From Alphaproteobacteria bacterium (lineage in GTDB: Bacteria; Pseudomonadota; Alphaproteobacteria; Rs-D84): a stretch of DNA of 58,784 nucleotides. A program made the translations under genes and the position numbers. Shown here one piece after another: positions 1 to 8,595 of this stretch (within the stretch, counting starts at the first letter, position 1; the number at the start of each line of letters is the position of its first letter). The stretch covers positions 1-58,784 of the forward strand of contig JAFURS010000016.1 of NCBI GenBank assembly GCA_017471805.1, written 5' to 3'. Under the pieces are notes generated by a model. That model was not told where the DNA came from and did not search any database. It saw only the letters and a list, made by a program, of their open reading frames with translations.

Positions 1-84
1 AACGTTGGTACACATTATTTACCACTACCCTGTCTTGCGAACACGGTTCGCAATCCACCCCTTCGCCAGCAAAGGGGAATAACC
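1..84. repeat. REP-like multi-hairpin repeat, module Y (copy 1 of 3, cut by window start)
   Basis: Near-identical to 639-728 and 14871-14959. Contains stem TTGCGAAC/GTTCGCAA and a CCCCTTCG...AAGGGG hairpin. Confidence 0.85.
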
Positions 85-120
85 CGACATTACTTCCCTA
101 TTTTGTATTGTGTTATAAAA

Positions 121-165
121 ATTAAGAACCTTTGTCATTCCGGGGCTTGACCCCGGAACCCAGGT
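121..165. repeat. Palindromic repeat module Z (left flank of the GIY-YIG gene)
   Basis: ATTAAGAACCTTTGTCATTCCGGGGCTTGACCCCGGAACCCAGGT. Same 45 nt (1 mismatch) at 14974-15018. Internal 8-bp stem TTCCGGGG/CCCCGGAA. A diverged inverted copy lies at 502-533. Confidence 0.85.
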
Positions 166-186
166 TTTTGTATCATTGTTTTTGTA

Positions 187-495
187 ATGACATACCAGCA
201 GAAATTTTATTATGTTTACATTATGGCAAGCGCAAGAAATGGGACGCTGTATATTGGTTTTACCAGTAATTTGCCACAACGGGTTTATGAACATAAAAAT
301 CATTTGTTGCCAGGTTTCACATCCAGATACAATGTGAACAAACTGGTTTATTTCGAACGATTTGATGATGTTAATCAAGCAATACGACACGAAAAACGAT
401 TAAAAGAGTGGAAACGGAATTGGAAGAAGGATTTAATTGAAAAATTTAATCCTGATTGGCGTGACTTATATGATGACTTGAATAATTTATTATAA
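187..495 (+). CDS. GIY-YIG nuclease family protein (YhbQ/UPF0213-like, 102 aa)
   Basis: YYVYIMASARNGTLYIGFTSNL...RVYEHK...EKRLKEWKR matches the GIY-(10-11 aa)-YIG plus R/E core of small GIY-YIG proteins. Confidence 0.85.
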   Translation: MTYQQKFYYVYIMASARNGTLYIGFTSNLPQRVYEHKNHLLPGFTSRYNVNKLVYFERFDDVNQAIRHEKRLKEWKRNWKKDLIEKFNPDWRDLYDDLNNLL

Positions 496-501
496 AGCCA
501 A

Positions 502-533
502 ACCTGGGTGCGAAAGTCAAGCCCCGGGATGAC
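502..533. repeat. Inverted, diverged copy of module Z (right flank of the GIY-YIG gene)
   Basis: Reverse complement GTCATCCCGGGGCTTGACTTTCGCACCCAGGT versus GTCATTCCGGGGCTTGACCCCGGAACCCAGGT at 134-165. Confidence 0.7.
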
Positions 534-571
534 ACCACTTCGTTAGAACTTCGTGGTGCAAGCAAGTTTTT

Positions 572-728
572 TAGATTTTTGTGGGGCATTATTATAATAA
601 CCACCCCGGCACGGTGTGCCACCTCCTCCATAGAGGGGAACTGTAGGCATACATTATTTACCACTACCCCGTCTTGCGAACACGGTTCGCAATCCACCCC
701 TTCGCCAGCCGAAGGGGAATAGTAGGTG
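572..728. repeat. REP-like mosaic, modules X+Y (copy 2)
   Basis: Colinear with 14803-14959. X = ATAATAACCACCCYGGCACGGTGTGCCACC...AGAGGGGAAC. Y = CATACATTAT..ACCACTACCCCGTCTTGCGAACACGGTTCGCAATCCACCCCTTCG...GAAGGGGA. Confidence 0.85.
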
Positions 729-745
729 TTTTTTATTATCGGGGG

Positions 746-1168
746 TTATTCCTGGACGGTTAATGTCTTTAACAGGCGCATTATTAATTCACGCTTTTCG
801 TCGTCAAGTTTCCAGTATAAATTTATTAGTTGCAGGGTTTCGGTTTTGGACAATGGATCAAATGATGATGTGTCGTCGTCACATACACGATTCTTGGGCA
901 GGCGACCATTGCGTGGCTCACGTTCAAGATGCCCAGGTAATCCTGAAAAGAAAAATGATATCGGTGTGTCCAGTGCAACGCCAATCTCGAACAAACGAGA
1001 TGCAGAAATTCGGTTCGATGCACATTCGTATTTCTGTATCTGCTGAAAAGTGACACCGCATATCTGGGATAAGTCTTTCTGGGACAGCCCCATCATAACA
1101 CGGCGCAGTTGCAAACGCTGGCCAATATGTTCGTCAATCGAATTTGGAACAAAGGGTTTTCCACTCAT
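746..1168 (-). CDS. XRE-family helix-turn-helix transcriptional regulator (140 aa)
   Basis: IDEHIGQRLQLRRVMMGLSQKDLSQICGVTFQQIQKYECASNRISASRL is a typical Cro/C1 HTH of conserved alphaproteobacterial regulators. Confidence 0.85.
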   Translation of the reverse strand: MSGKPFVPNSIDEHIGQRLQLRRVMMGLSQKDLSQICGVTFQQIQKYECASNRISASRLFEIGVALDTPISFFFSGLPGHLEREPRNGRLPKNRVCDDDTSSFDPLSKTETLQLINLYWKLDDEKRELIMRLLKTLTVQE

Positions 1169-1286
1169 TTTCTTTTCTCTTATAAGATGTTTTTCCTAAC
1201 TTTATTAGTTATACAATTTTTCTTTTGATTTTGCAATTAAAAAACGGCTATCATAGCCCAGAGTTTTTAGTAAAAGAGGATGAAAA

Positions 1287-2759
1287 ATGAAAAAACCGTT
1301 AGTGCTGTGTATCTTGGATGGGGTGGGAATTAACAACGATAAAATTCATAATGCGGTGGCGTTGGCAAAAACACCGTTCTTGGATTCGTTATTAGAAAAA
1401 TATCCACACGCAAAACTAAATGCCAGTGGCGTTGCCGTAGGATTGCCAGACGGAACAATGGGAAATTCAGAAGTTGGTCATATCACAATGGGTGCAGGAC
1501 GGGTCGTTAACCAATTCTTGCGTCGATTCCAAATCGAAAATTGGAACGAAAATACACAACTGCAAAATTTTATTTCAAGTGTGAAAAATAGTGGCGGTAT
1601 TGTTCACGTCGCAGGTCTGATGTCAGATGGACGGGTTCACGCAGATGTTAATGATATTTTGATAATTATTAAATATATTTTAAATACAGGGTTGCGTGTG
1701 TGTTTGCACTTTATCGCAGATGGTCGGGATACCCTGCCCCAGTCGGCCGAAAAATATATTGGGATGATTAAGTCAGAATTGTCAGATGAATTGAAATCAG
1801 GTCAGGCCTTTTTTGGCACGTTGTCGGGACGTTATTATGCAATGGACCGCAATCAGAATATGGACCGAACAGAAATCGCAATAAATGCAATTGTAAATGC
1901 AAGTTCTGAATACACTGCAAAAACAATAGATGATGCGTTGGCGGCGGCATATGCACGTGGGGAAACAGATGAATTTATATACCCAACGGTCATAGACGGT
2001 GATGTGGCAATAAAGGAAAATGATGGGTTCTTGTTCGGAAATTATCGCAGCGACCGGGCCCGCCAAATTATGCGGGAAATTGTTAAAACCAATGCGCATA
2101 TTTTATGCTTTTCACAATATGGCGAGGGACTGAACGAGGTTTGCCCTGCACTGTTGCCGGATGTGGCGGTGGAAAATACGTTGGGTGATGTGTTGGCGGA
2201 AAACGGTTTGTCCCAGTTGCGTATCGCAGAAACAGAAAAGTATAATCACGTGACCTATTTCTTTGATGCGGAAAGAAATATAGATTTTGAAAATGAAAAA
2301 AAGGTTTTAATTCCATCGCCGGATGTCGCAACGTTTGATTTGAAACCAGAAATGTCAGCCGTTGAAATTACAGATGCGTTGCTGTCAGTGCTGGGGCAAT
2401 ACGATGTCGTTATTTTGAACTATGCAAATGGCGATATGGTCGGACATACGGGAAATGAAAATGCGGCAATTCGTGCAATGGAAGTCTTGGATTCGCAATT
2501 GGCACGTCTGGTGCCGGCTGTATTAGAACTGGGCGGTAAATTGTTGATTACAGCAGATCACGGAAATGCAGAAAAGTTATGGGATGATAAAAATAATGTG
2601 CCGTGGACCGCACATACGACAAATCCTGTAAATGTTATCTTGGTTGCAGAAAATACCCCAGAGATACGAGATGGTGGCTTGGCAGATGTTGCGCCAACTG
2701 TGTTAAAGTTGCTGGGAATAAAACAACCGTCAGAGATGACAGGAAAGTCCTTGGTATAA
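1287..2759 (+). CDS. gpmI: 2,3-bisphosphoglycerate-independent phosphoglycerate mutase
   Basis: LCILDGVG, NSEVGHITMGAGR, ADGRD, NYANGDMVGHTG and TADHGNAE motifs. AAGAGGA Shine-Dalgarno upstream. Confidence 0.95.
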   Translation: MKKPLVLCILDGVGINNDKIHNAVALAKTPFLDSLLEKYPHAKLNASGVAVGLPDGTMGNSEVGHITMGAGRVVNQFLRRFQIENWNENTQLQNFISSVKNSGGIVHVAGLMSDGRVHADVNDILIIIKYILNTGLRVCLHFIADGRDTLPQSAEKYIGMIKSELSDELKSGQAFFGTLSGRYYAMDRNQNMDRTEIAINAIVNASSEYTAKTIDDALAAAYARGETDEFIYPTVIDGDVAIKENDGFLFGNYRSDRARQIMREIVKTNAHILCFSQYGEGLNEVCPALLPDVAVENTLGDVLAENGLSQLRIAETEKYNHVTYFFDAERNIDFENEKKVLIPSPDVATFDLKPEMSAVEITDALLSVLGQYDVVILNYANGDMVGHTGNENAAIRAMEVLDSQLARLVPAVLELGGKLLITADHGNAEKLWDDKNNVPWTAHTTNPVNVILVAENTPEIRDGGLADVAPTVLKLLGIKQPSEMTGKSLV

Positions 2760-2779
2760 ATAGTGCGCCAGATGGCGCA

Positions 2780-3226
2780 TTATTTTTTGCGACGAATTGC
2801 AAAGAAGTCTTTTAATAATTGGGCGGATTCGTCGGCGTATTCTGATAATTGTTCGACGTTTGGTTTCCACAGGTGGCGGTCAGTTTCATAAATACGGGCA
2901 TTAGATGTTATGCCACCGCCCTTTTCGTCCCGGGCCGCAAAGTATATGTTTTTTATGCGGGCAAATGAAATCGCCGTTGCGCACATAGCACACGGTTCAA
3001 GTGTGATATAAATGTCGCAGTTGTCTAGGAACTTTTGCCCCAGTTTTTTGCAGGCACGGTTAATTGCAACAATTTCTGCGTGTAATGTTGGGTTGCGCTT
3101 TTTTTGCACCTGGTTTTCGCCACGGGCAATTATTTTACCGTCACAGACAATTACCGCCCCAATCGGAACGTCATCGTGATTAAATGCGTGTTTTGCACAA
3201 ACAAAGGCTTGATTCATAAAATTCAT
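2780..3226 (-). CDS. tadA: tRNA-specific adenosine deaminase
   Basis: HAEIVAI...TLEPCAMCATAI (H-A-E / PC-x-x-C zinc deaminase motifs); 148 aa. Confidence 0.92.
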   Translation of the reverse strand: MNFMNQAFVCAKHAFNHDDVPIGAVIVCDGKIIARGENQVQKKRNPTLHAEIVAINRACKKLGQKFLDNCDIYITLEPCAMCATAISFARIKNIYFAARDEKGGGITSNARIYETDRHLWKPNVEQLSEYADESAQLLKDFFAIRRKK

Positions 3227-3236
3227 AATTTATACT
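3209..3236 (+). promoter_or_regulatory. Predicted promoter of rsmD (leaderless arrangement)
   Basis: TTGATT-N16-TATACT, then 7 nt to ATG 3244; no Shine-Dalgarno. Confidence 0.5.
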
Positions 3237-3261
3237 TTAACGTATGGATTCAAAATTGCAA
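3234..3261 (-). promoter_or_regulatory. Predicted promoter of tadA (leaderless arrangement)
   Basis: Minus strand TTGCAA-N16-TAAAGT, then 7 nt to ATG 3226. Its -10 box overlaps the rsmD -10 box. Confidence 0.45.
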
Positions 3262-3804
3262 ATTATTTCAGGTCAGTTCAAAGGGCGTAAGTTGCGCCTG
3301 CCGATGGATGCACGCCCGACACAAAATCGGGCCAGGATTGCGTTGTTTAATATGCTGGATGCTGGAATTATCGAAGATGGTAATTCGTTGGTGGTATGGG
3401 ACGCATTTGCCGGCAGTGGTGCGTTTGGGTTTGAGTGTCTGTCACGGTGGCCGGGGGCAAAGGTTGTTTTGACAGATGTTGCGCCGTCGTCGCTGAAAAC
3501 AATTCGTGATAATTTGGCAATGCTGGCGGTGGGAAATCGGGCGACGATTGTGCATACTGATGCGGTTGCCGGTGCAGAAAAGTTTGGTGCAAATGCTAAT
3601 GTGATTTTTTTAGATCCGCCCTATTCGACCCCAGGGCTGGGGCGCAGTCTGGTCGCACGGCTGGGGAAAGTTGCCAGGCCAGGAACGATTTTAATCTGGG
3701 AACAGGAAGTTGGTAATGATGTGATTCCTGATGAAAAAATATGGTCTGTGTTGCGTGACAAAACATACGGTCGTGCCAGATTTTTGATTTTGGAAAGAAA
3801 ATAG
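3244..3804 (+). CDS. rsmD: 16S rRNA (guanine966-N2)-methyltransferase RsmD
   Basis: IISGQFKGRKLRLP..ARPTQNRARIALFNML, DAFAGSGAFGFECLSR and FLDPPY motifs. Confidence 0.9.
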   Translation: MDSKLQIISGQFKGRKLRLPMDARPTQNRARIALFNMLDAGIIEDGNSLVVWDAFAGSGAFGFECLSRWPGAKVVLTDVAPSSLKTIRDNLAMLAVGNRATIVHTDAVAGAEKFGANANVIFLDPPYSTPGLGRSLVARLGKVARPGTILIWEQEVGNDVIPDEKIWSVLRDKTYGRARFLILERK

Positions 3805-3805
3805 G

Positions 3806-3835
3806 TTGATTAAGTCTTATAAAATGTGATATAGT
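3806..3835 (+). promoter_or_regulatory. Predicted sigma70-type promoter with extended -10, driving a ~190-nt structured leader
   Basis: TTGATT-N18-(TGA)TATAGT. The first downstream ORF starts at 4033. Confidence 0.45.
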
Positions 3836-4032
3836 ACGGACAGTGCCAGGTGTTCTGGCATTGGGGTGTCGAAACCCACGAAAACGGCGTCTGGTATTGT
3901 TCCAGATGATAAATCTCCAACCAATCGGTTGGAGGGTGGCGAATATATTGAATAAGCCCACTATACCGTTTTATAGTTTCGAACCTCCAACCGCTTTACA
4001 TTTTGTGGCGGTATTTTCTTTTATGGGGGGCG

Positions 4033-4224
4033 ATGAAATTTATATGTGGTATTTTGATGATGTGTTTTATGCCAGGCGTGGCACTGGCTGACATTGCATC
4101 AACAACATATGTAGATAATACCAAGGTTGATGTATCTGCATCCGCAAACCAAACAATGGCGGGTACATATACTGTATCGGGGACGTTGGTGGTTTCCACG
4201 CCGCCGTTGCCCACCGCACCATAG
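4033..4224 (+). CDS. Small secreted protein (63 aa from ATG 4033; the ORF is open from TTG 4003)
   Basis: MKFICGILMMCFMPGVALA/DI signal peptide; GGGGGG Shine-Dalgarno 3 nt upstream. Confidence 0.55.
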   Translation: MKFICGILMMCFMPGVALADIASTTYVDNTKVDVSASANQTMAGTYTVSGTLVVSTPPLPTAP

Positions 4225-4236
4225 GACCCGCCACCG

Positions 4237-5292
4237 ATGAAAAAAATTCTGATATTTATATTCTTTGTGCTTTGTGGGTGGGCAAATGCCGCACAGGTTG
4301 TAAATGTTGAATATATTCATAATGCAATAAATCAAAGGTGGAATATAACCGTTCCGTATAATGCCGAACTGAGCAATCCACGTGTTGCAGCGAATATGAA
4401 ATACCTGTTGACAGCGGTGGATGTTGCAAATGAAATGCTGAATGGAACTGCAACAACCGACTATGGTAATGGCGTATTTGCAACAACTGTTGTTGCTGAT
4501 ACTGTTGCCGTTGATACCGTCGTTCGGGATTTAATACGGCAAAATACATCGGTGCCTGATAATCCAGATGATGACGTGTGGAATGATAGTGTGACAAGCG
4601 CAGAATATCCGTTCGCAATAGAGTTGGTGGATGGGACGACAGAATTTACTTTTTTGCTGACCGCGGCGGGCGAATTTGTTGTTGATTGGGGTGATGGTGA
4701 TACAGAAAATATTTCTAAATCTGATACCTCTGAATTAGAGGTCGTTCATCGATACGATACGCCGGGCGCCTATGTTGTAAAGTTAGGCGGTCGTGCGACC
4801 CAGTATGATAAAACTGTTTTTGCGACGGCATGGGTACCCGCAATTTCGGCAATTTGGGTGACAGATTATTGGAGTGTAGCAAAATTATATGGACGTCTGG
4901 GGCGTGTGTTCCCAACGTTGGCGGATGGAACACAGCCGTGTTTTGCGGGGGCTTTTATGTATTGTGATGCGTTGACAAGCATTCCGGAAACCCTGCTGGA
5001 TGGAATTACAGGTGATATTGATGAATATATGTTTTACAGTATGTTCGAGGGCGCAGAACGTTTATCGAACATACCAAATGGAATGTTTAATGGTTTGACC
5101 GGTGGGCTTAAAACAGGGGTGTTTAGTTATATGTTTTCAGATTGTTATGGATTAAGTGGTAATTCGGCGAAGATAAATGGTGAATATTTGTATAATCGCT
5201 GGCCCGATGCGACAAGTGAGCAGGTAGGTGGAATGTATATGAACGATACAGGATTGACGGATTTTACAAATATTCCAAGTGTTTGGAAATAA
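4237..5292 (+). CDS. Secreted BspA/DUF285-like leucine-rich-repeat surface protein (351 aa)
   Basis: Signal peptide MKKILIFIFFVLCGWANA. C-terminal repeats FAGAFMYCDALTSIP / YMFYSMFEGAERLSNIP / GVFSYMFSDCYGLSG. Confidence 0.7.
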   Translation: MKKILIFIFFVLCGWANAAQVVNVEYIHNAINQRWNITVPYNAELSNPRVAANMKYLLTAVDVANEMLNGTATTDYGNGVFATTVVADTVAVDTVVRDLIRQNTSVPDNPDDDVWNDSVTSAEYPFAIELVDGTTEFTFLLTAAGEFVVDWGDGDTENISKSDTSELEVVHRYDTPGAYVVKLGGRATQYDKTVFATAWVPAISAIWVTDYWSVAKLYGRLGRVFPTLADGTQPCFAGAFMYCDALTSIPETLLDGITGDIDEYMFYSMFEGAERLSNIPNGMFNGLTGGLKTGVFSYMFSDCYGLSGNSAKINGEYLYNRWPDATSEQVGGMYMNDTGLTDFTNIPSVWK

Positions 5293-5298
5293 AATCAC

Positions 5299-5327
5299 TT
5301 GATTTTTCGTGTTTTTTGGGTTAATAT
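5299..5327 (+). promoter_or_regulatory. Predicted promoter of rplY
   Basis: TTGATT-N17-TAATAT, about 65 nt upstream of ATG 5394. Confidence 0.45.
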
Positions 5328-5393
5328 GTGCGGCGCATTGCACCCTTGGAGGCAATGTGAAACATATAACAAATGCTATAAAAGGATAAAAAA

Positions 5394-6008
5394 ATGGCAA
5401 TTAATTTAAACGCAGAAATTCGCAACGTTGCTGGCAAGGGGGCCGCACGTAGCATCCGCAATAACAAAAATATCCCTGCTGTTATTTACGGGGAAAAGAA
5501 AGCCACAATCGCTATAGAATTGAACGGTCGTGAATTCGAAATGTTGCTGAAAAAAACAGGTTTGCGGACTAAATTGTTCCAAATTAAAACAAATGAAGGC
5601 ACAGAAGACGCTATGTTGATGGATGTGCAATATCATCCAGTGTCAGATGCAGCAATTCACGCAGACTTTAAACGTATCGATGTTAAAAAGCCTGTTAACG
5701 TGGTGGTGCCTGTCGAAGTTATCAACGCCGATATTTCAAAGGGTTTGAAATTGGGTGGAACATTGAACTTTGCAGTGCGTAAGGTTGCATTGCGTGGTTT
5801 GGTCGATGTTATCCCAGAAAAAATCATTATCGATTTGGCAACCTTGACAATCGGTGACGTGGTTCACGGAACTGACCTGGTATTGCCAGAAGGTGTTGAA
5901 TTAGGATTGCATCAGGCAGAATTGGCGTTCGCAATCATTGGTGGTAAAATGCCAATGGAAGAAGACGAAAAAGCCAAGTCCGCAGAAATGGCAGCGTCTA
6001 AAAAATAA
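5394..6008 (+). CDS. rplY: 50S ribosomal protein L25 / general stress protein Ctc
   Basis: N-terminus LNAEIRNVAGKGAARSIRNNKNIPAVIYG; 204 aa long form. Confidence 0.93.
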   Translation: MAINLNAEIRNVAGKGAARSIRNNKNIPAVIYGEKKATIAIELNGREFEMLLKKTGLRTKLFQIKTNEGTEDAMLMDVQYHPVSDAAIHADFKRIDVKKPVNVVVPVEVINADISKGLKLGGTLNFAVRKVALRGLVDVIPEKIIIDLATLTIGDVVHGTDLVLPEGVELGLHQAELAFAIIGGKMPMEEDEKAKSAEMAASKK

Positions 6009-6028
6009 TTTTGTATCAAAAATGTTTT

Positions 6029-6052
6029 GCCGCCCAATCGGGCGGTTTTTTA
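6029..6052 (+). terminator. Rho-independent terminator after rplY
   Basis: CCGCCC-AATC-GGGCGG followed by TTTTTTATTT. Confidence 0.8.
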
Positions 6053-6086
6053 TTTGAAAAAGAATAAGAAAATGTGTCTATTGCCA

Positions 6087-6114
6087 CTTGAAATCATTTT
6101 CTGATTAACTATAT
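6087..6114 (+). promoter_or_regulatory. RpoH (sigma32)-type heat-shock promoter upstream of dnaK
   Basis: CTTGAAA...N18...CTATAT fits the alphaproteobacterial CTTG-N17/18-CYTATNT consensus, 35 nt before dnaK. Confidence 0.5.
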
Positions 6115-6148
6115 GGTGGGTAAGCGAAAATTTTAAGGAGTAAAAAAT

Positions 6149-8041
6149 ATGGGAAAAGTTTTAGGTATTGACTTAGGAACAACTAATTCTGCAATGGCTT
6201 TTATGGATGGCAATGATCCAAAAATCATCGAAAATGCAGAAGGTCAACGAACAACACCATCGGTCGTTGCATTGACAAGTAGTGGTGAACAGTTGGTCGG
6301 GATTACCGCAAAAAATCAGGCGGTGACAAATCCTGAAAATACAATCTATGAAATTAAACGTTTGATGGGATTGCGTTTTGACAGTCCTGCTGTGCGTGAA
6401 ATCGCAGCACGTGTGCCGTATAAAATTGTTGCCGGCGAAAACGGTGATGCCTGGGTGGAAATGGACGGCAAGAAATATGCGCCATCTCAGATTTCTGCAA
6501 TGATTTTGGCAAAGTTAAAGAAAGATGCGGAAAGTTATTTGGGCGAAACGGTCACAGATGCAGTTATCACAGTGCCGGCTTATTTTAATGATTCACAACG
6601 TCAGGCAACAAAAGATGCCGGTCGTATCGCCGGTTTGAACGTTTTGCGTATCGTTAATGAACCAACCGCTGCTGCGTTGGCGCATGGTTTGGACAAAGGC
6701 AAAGACGGCGTTATTGCGATTTATGACCTGGGTGGTGGAACGTTTGACGTTTCAATCTTGGAAATTGTTGATGGTGTGTTCGAAGTAAAATCCACAAATG
6801 GTGATACTGCATTGGGCGGTTCGGATTTTGATGCACGTATTTTGGAACACTTGATTGCGGAATTTAAGGCACAGTCTGGTATAGATTTATCAGGCGACAA
6901 GTTGGCGTTGCAACGCTTGAAAGAAGCCGCAGAAAAGGCGAAAATTGAATTGTCGTCTAAGACATCGACAGATATTAACCTGCCATATTTGACGGCGGAC
7001 GCAACAGGTCCAAAGCACTTTAACACAACGTTGACACGTGCAAAGTTGGAATCGTTGGTGGCGGATTTGATTGAACGCACAATCGAACCGTGCAAAAAAG
7101 CATTAAAAGATGCAGGATTGGATAAATCACAGATTAACGAAGTTATCTTGGTCGGTGGTCAGACACGTATGCCAAAGGTTGCAGAAACAGTAAAAGAATT
7201 CTTTGGACGTGAACCGCACAAGGGTGTGAACCCAGACGAAGTTGTCGGTATGGGCGCAGCAATTCAAGGTGGCGTTCTGAAAGGCGATGTAAAAGATGTC
7301 TTGTTGTTGGATGTGACACCTTTGTCATTGGGAATTGAAACTTTGGGTGGCGTATTTACACGTTTGATTGACCGCAATACTACAATTCCAACCAAGAAAT
7401 CACAGGTGTTTAGCACAGCCGAAGATAATCAGTCGGCGGTGACAATCCGTGTATTTCAGGGTGAACGTGATATGGCGGCTGATAACAAGTTATTGGGTCA
7501 GTTCAATCTGGAAGGTATTGCCCCTGCCCCACGTGGTATGCCACAAATCGAAGTGTCGTTCGATATTGACGCAAATGGTATTGTTCACGTGTCTGCCAAG
7601 GATAAAGGCACAGGTAAAGAACAGGCAATTTCAATTAAGTCTGATGGCGGTTTAAGTGAAGACGAAATTAAACGTATGGTTGATGAAGCGGCTGCAAATG
7701 CAGAAGCGGATAAACTAAAACGTGAATTGGCAGAAGCGAAAAATACCGCAGAAACGGCTATTTTCAGCATTGAAAAGTCTTTGAAGGAACACGGTGACAA
7801 GATTTCTGAGGACGAAAAGAAAGTAATCGAGGATGCAAAAAAAGAATTGGCAGACGAATTGGCCAAGGCAGATGCAACCGCAGAATCTTTGAAGGCAAAA
7901 ACTGATGCGTTGTCAGAAAAAGCAATGAAGTTAGGCGAAGCGGTCTATAAGGCGGCGCAGGCCGAACAACAGGCAAATGCTGATGCCGGCGACAAGAAAA
8001 ACGATGACGGCACAGTCGATGCAGATTTTTCTGAAAAATAA
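6149..8041 (+). CDS. dnaK: Molecular chaperone DnaK (Hsp70)
   Basis: [19 protein letters not shown] and [11 protein letters not shown] signatures; 630 aa; AAGGAG Shine-Dalgarno. Confidence 0.98.
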   Translation: MGKVLGIDLGTTNSAMAFMDGNDPKIIENAEGQRTTPSVVALTSSGEQLVGITAKNQAVTNPENTIYEIKRLMGLRFDSPAVREIAARVPYKIVAGENGDAWVEMDGKKYAPSQISAMILAKLKKDAESYLGETVTDAVITVPAYFNDSQRQATKDAGRIAGLNVLRIVNEPTAAALAHGLDKGKDGVIAIYDLGGGTFDVSILEIVDGVFEVKSTNGDTALGGSDFDARILEHLIAEFKAQSGIDLSGDKLALQRLKEAAEKAKIELSSKTSTDINLPYLTADATGPKHFNTTLTRAKLESLVADLIERTIEPCKKALKDAGLDKSQINEVILVGGQTRMPKVAETVKEFFGREPHKGVNPDEVVGMGAAIQGGVLKGDVKDVLLLDVTPLSLGIETLGGVFTRLIDRNTTIPTKKSQVFSTAEDNQSAVTIRVFQGERDMAADNKLLGQFNLEGIAPAPRGMPQIEVSFDIDANGIVHVSAKDKGTGKEQAISIKSDGGLSEDEIKRMVDEAAANAEADKLKRELAEAKNTAETAIFSIEKSLKEHGDKISEDEKKVIEDAKKELADELAKADATAESLKAKTDALSEKAMKLGEAVYKAAQAEQQANADAGDKKNDDGTVDADFSEK

Positions 8042-8050
8042 TAAATAAAT

Positions 8051-8075
8051 ATCCCCCGTTTGGGGGATTTTTTTG
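8051..8075 (+). terminator. Rho-independent terminator after dnaK
   Basis: ATCCCCC-GTT-TGGGGGAT followed by TTTTTTT. Confidence 0.85.
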
Positions 8076-8146
8076 ATGCTATATTTTTTGTTGACTTATC
8101 GTGGATTTGTGTAAAAATTATTCTCTAAGCAAAAAGGATATAATTT

Positions 8147-8566
8147 ATGTATAAAAAAATAAGTGCTATTTTAAGTGATTATTCAAATGGCAAAACAATT
8201 ACACCAGATACCAATTTGACAAATGATTTGGCGTTGGATTCAATTGACCGTGCAGAAATCGGTGTTTTAATCGAAGATTCATTGGGATTACCCGAAGGAA
8301 TTTTGCTGCACGAAGATGTTATGGCGGCAAGGACTGTGCGTGATTTGGTTGTTTTGATTGAACATTGTGCAAAATACAAAGATTTGAAATTGAACAAGCC
8401 GGCATTAAAACCTGTGAATCTAAAACAGCCAGGGCAGATTTGTTCGCAGACAGGGAAAGTTTGTAATAAAATTACCCATTTGCGTGCCGTTGATAACAAC
8501 GTGGATTTCTGTAATATTGTAAAGTGCAAAATTGCAGAAACGTATCTGAGAACGAAAACAAAATAA
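8147..8566 (+). CDS. Acyl-carrier-protein-like protein with a Cys-containing C-terminal extension (139 aa)
   Basis: LTNDLALDSIDRAEIGVLIEDSLG resembles the ACP phosphopantetheine-attachment helix (DSxD). The tail carries CSQTGKVC...CNIVKC. Confidence 0.6.
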   Translation: MYKKISAILSDYSNGKTITPDTNLTNDLALDSIDRAEIGVLIEDSLGLPEGILLHEDVMAARTVRDLVVLIEHCAKYKDLKLNKPALKPVNLKQPGQICSQTGKVCNKITHLRAVDNNVDFCNIVKCKIAETYLRTKTK

Positions 8567-8568
8567 TA

Positions 8569-8595
8569 CAAAAAACGGGCAATGCCCGTTTTTTA
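8569..8595. terminator. Bidirectional terminator between the ACP-like gene and pfk
   Basis: AAAAAACGGGC-AAT-GCCCGTTTTTT. Confidence 0.8.

Noticed and set aside
25-697. ORFs 25-390 (-) and 446-697 (-) across the REP modules and antisense to the GIY-YIG gene
   Set aside because: They are translations of palindromic repeats (for example SSPGMTKV from the CCGGGG hairpin). The sense-strand GIY-YIG ORF has a recognisable family signature.
726-1056. ORFs 726-1046, 763-1053 (+) and 826-1056 (-) overlapping the XRE regulator gene
   Set aside because: Only the 746-1168 minus-strand frame gives a recognisable HTH protein.
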